Part shown: piece after piece, positions 60,753 through 64,000 of the stretch
Layout: every line of letters starts with the position of its first letter
How positions within the stretch are numbered: position 1 is the first letter of the stretch
Assembly (NCBI GenBank): GCA_965208105.1
Contig: OZ242318.1
Span: 3,712,001-3,776,000 of the forward strand
DNA length: 64,000 bases
From: Candidatus Latescibacterota bacterium
GTDB lineage: Bacteria; Latescibacterota; UBA2968; UBA8231
Reading direction: 5' to 3'
The notes under the pieces: generated by a model
Told to the model about the DNA's origin: nothing
The model's input: only the letters and a program-made list of their open reading frames with translations
The model's database searches: none
Made by a program: the position numbers and the translations under genes

Positions 60753-61247
60753 ATGAATAAATCTCCCGTGCAAAAGGCTTATGCAGTAATCATCAGGTCT
60801 GATCATGATGAGGGATGCAAATTGCTGGTCCTCGAGCTCAAATCCGTAGAGTACGAATTCTATCGTCTTCCCGGGGGAAATGTCGAGGCAGATGAAACGC
60901 CTCTTCAAGCGGCGTATCGTGAAACCCATGAAGAGTCTGGGATCAAGAATCTTCAATTTATCCGCAAGATAGGTACGACCAGGTACTTCAAACCGTTCAT
61001 CCAGTCGGAAGTAGAAAGGACGGATTACCTTTTTGAAGGTGATTCAGGTTTACCTGACAAATGGGAGTGGATTGGAACGGTGGGTTCCGAGGCCGGTGCC
61101 GTTTTCGCTTTTTCCTGGATCTCCCCCAGTTCAATAGCGAGGGTGGATCCGGAACTGCGGACCTTTTTGACGCCGGACCACATTCCGGAGTTGTTCGGCG
61201 GTCATACGGATGGTGCGGAGCATGGACTATTCGTCAAAGGAGGGTAG
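60753..61247 (+). CDS. NUDIX hydrolase
   Basis: Nudix box GGNVEADETPLQAAYRETHEESG. Confidence 0.9.
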   Translation: MNKSPVQKAYAVIIRSDHDEGCKLLVLELKSVEYEFYRLPGGNVEADETPLQAAYRETHEESGIKNLQFIRKIGTTRYFKPFIQSEVERTDYLFEGDSGLPDKWEWIGTVGSEAGAVFAFSWISPSSIARVDPELRTFLTPDHIPELFGGHTDGAEHGLFVKGG

Positions 61248-61992
61248 CAGCTATTTCGCGGCAATCGCGGATTCCTATGATCGGCTCCAGCCCGTCCTGA
61301 GTCCTCCCTACAGCAAGGGTCTGGAGATGATTGTGGAGCTGATCCCCTTTGATCCGGACGATGCGTTCGAGTTCGTGGAGCTCGGCTGCGGCACGGCGGA
61401 ACCGACGGCGAGAGTTCTGGATCGTTTCCGAAATGCCACCGGGACCTGCGTTGACAGCGAGCCGGAGATGCTGTCCCTGGCCAGGAAGAAACTCGGACCT
61501 CATTCAGACCGAGCCGAAGTTTTGGAAGCGGACATGGCCGGTTGTGACATCCGCGAGTGCGACCTGGTTCTATCGGCAAAGGCCGTTCATCACCTTTCTC
61601 CGTCCTGCCTGCCCGGGCTCTTTGCCCGGATCGCTGGCGCGCTCCGGCCCGGCGGAGGCTTCATCCTGTACGACGCGATGGCCATCGGACCCTCCTCGGG
61701 ACCAGGCAGCCGGTCGCTGTCATCGCGCTTTCGCAGGCTTCATCTCCAACGGGCAGTTGCCTCGGGAATGGCAACGCAGGAGGAGATCGATGCCAGGCAG
61801 GAGTACAAGGGAAGGATGAAGGCCGCAGGGAAGGATGTCGAATACGAACACAGGACGGAAGACCTGATCGGCGCCATGGCTCAAGCCGGATTTGACGAGG
61901 TTGCGGTGGTCTGGCGCATGTTCGCCGACACGATCCTGCTGGCATTCACACCGGAGGCAGAAGCTTCAGCTGCCGACGGCCGGTGTTGTTGA
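61222..61992 (+). CDS. Class I SAM-dependent methyltransferase
   Basis: VELGCGT, VDSEPEML, AVHHL, LRPGG. Confidence 0.88.
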   Translation: MDYSSKEGSSYFAAIADSYDRLQPVLSPPYSKGLEMIVELIPFDPDDAFEFVELGCGTAEPTARVLDRFRNATGTCVDSEPEMLSLARKKLGPHSDRAEVLEADMAGCDIRECDLVLSAKAVHHLSPSCLPGLFARIAGALRPGGGFILYDAMAIGPSSGPGSRSLSSRFRRLHLQRAVASGMATQEEIDARQEYKGRMKAAGKDVEYEHRTEDLIGAMAQAGFDEVAVVWRMFADTILLAFTPEAEASAADGRCC

Positions 61993-62078
61993 CCTGTCCA
62001 CCAGCCTGAGGTGTTCAAGGCTTATCCCACCTACCTATCAGTTTTCGAGAACCGACGAAACGCAAGGCAGATCTATCG

Positions 62079-63035
62079 ATGAAGGCTGTTTCTATTTCTC
62101 AGGCGCTGGAGACAGGTGATTTGGCCTCGGTACGGCGCGCCCCGAAGGCCGACAGCCACTGCCATTGTTACTTCGCTACCCGGATCGAGAACGTCGAGCG
62201 CTGGCTGGGGCACTCGCTGGAAAGACCGGCTACTCCCATGCGGGGGCTGCGGGGAATGCTGAGCTACTCCTCCAGGGCCCTGGATCCCTACATCAACTCC
62301 CTGGCCGGGTTTAAATTCACCGCGGAGTCCGCTGTGGCCGATGCAGTCGAAGATGGTATCCGGCGGCTGGAGATGAGCTTCGATGTGCGCGCGACCGGCC
62401 ATTTCGAAACGGGGTTTGCCGGTTTCACTTCCTTCATCCGGCAATTGGTGGAAAGCCATCGCGGCCGCATTGATCTGAGGCCGGAGCTGGGAATCGCACG
62501 AGAAAGCCTCGGCAGCGCGGAAATCGAAAACAGCGTCCGCGAGGGGATCGACTCCGGCCTGTTCAGGTCGATCGACATCTACGGTGAGGAAGACGCCTGT
62601 CCTCTCGAGATGGTACGTGGGCTTTACGCGCGGGCTCGATTATCCGGGATGAAGCTGAAGGCACACGTGGGAGAATTTGAAGGAGCGGAACGGATCCGGG
62701 AAACGGCTGAAGTGCTAGAACTGGATGAAATACAACACGGAATTGCGGCCGCCGAATCCGCCGAGGTCATGGAGTGGTTGGCAGAAAACAGGATCCGGCT
62801 GCATATCTGCCCTTCGAGCAACGTTATGCTGGGCGCAACCCCCAGTTTAGCGGACCATCCCATTCGCGAATTGTTCGACTGCGGTGTTGAGGTGACGGTA
62901 AATACGGACGATCTTATGATCTTCGGGCAGAGTGTCTCCCAGGAATACATGAACCTGTTCAGGGCGGGGGTTTTCAGCGCCGACGAGCTCGAGAGTATAC
63001 GAGCCGCATCGCTCGGAGAATCGCGTCCTGATTGA
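62079..63035 (+). CDS. Adenosine deaminase-family amidohydrolase
   Basis: PKADSHCH, KAHVGE, IQHG, CPSSN, NTDD. Confidence 0.88.
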   Translation: MKAVSISQALETGDLASVRRAPKADSHCHCYFATRIENVERWLGHSLERPATPMRGLRGMLSYSSRALDPYINSLAGFKFTAESAVADAVEDGIRRLEMSFDVRATGHFETGFAGFTSFIRQLVESHRGRIDLRPELGIARESLGSAEIENSVREGIDSGLFRSIDIYGEEDACPLEMVRGLYARARLSGMKLKAHVGEFEGAERIRETAEVLELDEIQHGIAAAESAEVMEWLAENRIRLHICPSSNVMLGATPSLADHPIRELFDCGVEVTVNTDDLMIFGQSVSQEYMNLFRAGVFSADELESIRAASLGESRPD

Positions 63036-63096
63036 TCCTTTGCAGCTTCTCCAAAAAGCCGATTGACGCCGAGTTGTCTTCAGGAGAATTACCGCG

Positions 63097-63765
63097 TTGC
63101 GGTCGAATGATGAAATGCCACAGGACATAAGGATCTGCTTTGTCGGCGATTCCTTCGTCAACGGCACGGGAGACGAGACGGCTCTCGGGTGGGCGGGCCG
63201 CCTTTGCGCAATGGCCAATTCGGGCGATTCAATCGTCAACTGTTACAACCTTGGCATCCGGCGGGATACGAGCAAAGACATAATGCTGCGCTGGGAGCGG
63301 GAATGCGCCCGCCGACTGCCCGATTCCTGCGATGGCCGCATTGTCCTCTCATGCGGCGCCAACGACATGGCCATGGAGGACGGGAAACTTCGGGTCGAAC
63401 CCGCCGAATCCTGCGCCAACGTCAGATCGATTCTGCGCCGCTCAAGGAAATACACCGTGCTCATGGTGGGTCCGCCTCCTGTCCTCGATGGCGAACAGAA
63501 TGGAAGAATCGGGGATCTATCGCGTGCTTTTTCCCGCGAGACAGAAGCTCTCGGAGTCCCGTACATCGACCTCTTTTGCGCTCTTCGCGCGGACGAGGCC
63601 TATCGGCGGGAGGTGGCGAATAACGACGGCGCCCATCCCCGGAGTCAGGGATATTCCAGGATGGCAAATATCATAGCTTCGTCGCCGAGATGGTGGTTCC
63701 CTCGTACTAAAAGCGAGCCAGGGAAGAAGAGAATTTCGCCTACAGCGCCAGGAGAGGTCCAATGA
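63097..63765 (+). CDS. GDSL/SGNH hydrolase
   Basis: FVGDSFVNG, NLGIRR, GAND, DGAHP; alternative start 63115. Confidence 0.9.
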   Translation: MRSNDEMPQDIRICFVGDSFVNGTGDETALGWAGRLCAMANSGDSIVNCYNLGIRRDTSKDIMLRWERECARRLPDSCDGRIVLSCGANDMAMEDGKLRVEPAESCANVRSILRRSRKYTVLMVGPPPVLDGEQNGRIGDLSRAFSRETEALGVPYIDLFCALRADEAYRREVANNDGAHPRSQGYSRMANIIASSPRWWFPRTKSEPGKKRISPTAPGEVQ

Positions 63766-64000
63766 GCAAAAAAGAGTTTTGGGATATTGCCCACCGAGGA
63801 GGAGAGGCCTACGCACCCGAGAACACAATGGCCGCATTCAAGCTAACCATGGAATACGGCATTGGCTGGATCGAAACGGACGTGCGGCGGACCAGAGACA
63901 ATCAGCTTGTTCTACTGCACGACGAGCTGGTCGACCGCACTACCGATGGCAGCGGCTCGGTTCACGACTTCTCGCTGGTCGACCTCAGGAATCTCGACGC
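63762..64000 (+). CDS. Glycerophosphodiester phosphodiesterase family protein (runs off the window)
   Basis: MSKKEFWDIAHRGGEAYAPENTMAAF..IETDV..LHD..VDRTT; not in the ORF track because it has no stop in the window. Confidence 0.88.
   Translation, partial: MSKKEFWDIAHRGGEAYAPENTMAAFKLTMEYGIGWIETDVRRTRDNQLVLLHDELVDRTTDGSGSVHDFSLVDLRNLD

Overview
GC-rich bacterial chromosome segment. Gene content and order (clpC-bamA-skp-fabZ, FlgD/T9SS-type sorting domains, dockerins, LRR, ankyrin and leishmanolysin proteins) suggest an FCB-group organism, possibly a Latescibacterota/Gemmatimonadota-like animal or sponge symbiont. That assignment is inference; no search was run. Layout: (1) 1-13.5 kb accessory locus of secreted modular proteins. 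Two tandem genes share a ~1.33-kb near-identical 5' head (signal peptide, transthyretin-like domain interrupted by a T9SS-CTD/FlgD-like domain, dockerin, PPC) and switch abruptly to unrelated C-terminal modules: hypervariable 72-bp LRR arrays in one, CARDB plus an HExxH peptidase in the other. Each gene is followed by a decayed orphan module. A hybrid kinase-regulator and IS debris are also present. (2) 13.6-39.1 kb core region: clpC, bamA, skp, fabZ, MFS, FAH, acetyltransferase, queE/queC separated by a 168-bp palindromic MITE-like element, pckA, sigma54-type hsp20, tamB/tamA-like, ilvD, tmRNA. (3) A ~5.2-kb lower-GC islet after ssrA, bounded by a 14-bp near-perfect direct repeat. (4) addB/addA-like genes, a Rieske protein, a temptin-like CxxCH protein and an ankyrin protein. 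(5) From 55.5 kb to the edge, a co-oriented lower-GC array of small cassette-like genes with one degenerate attC-like site. All calls come from reading the sequence and remembered family motifs.
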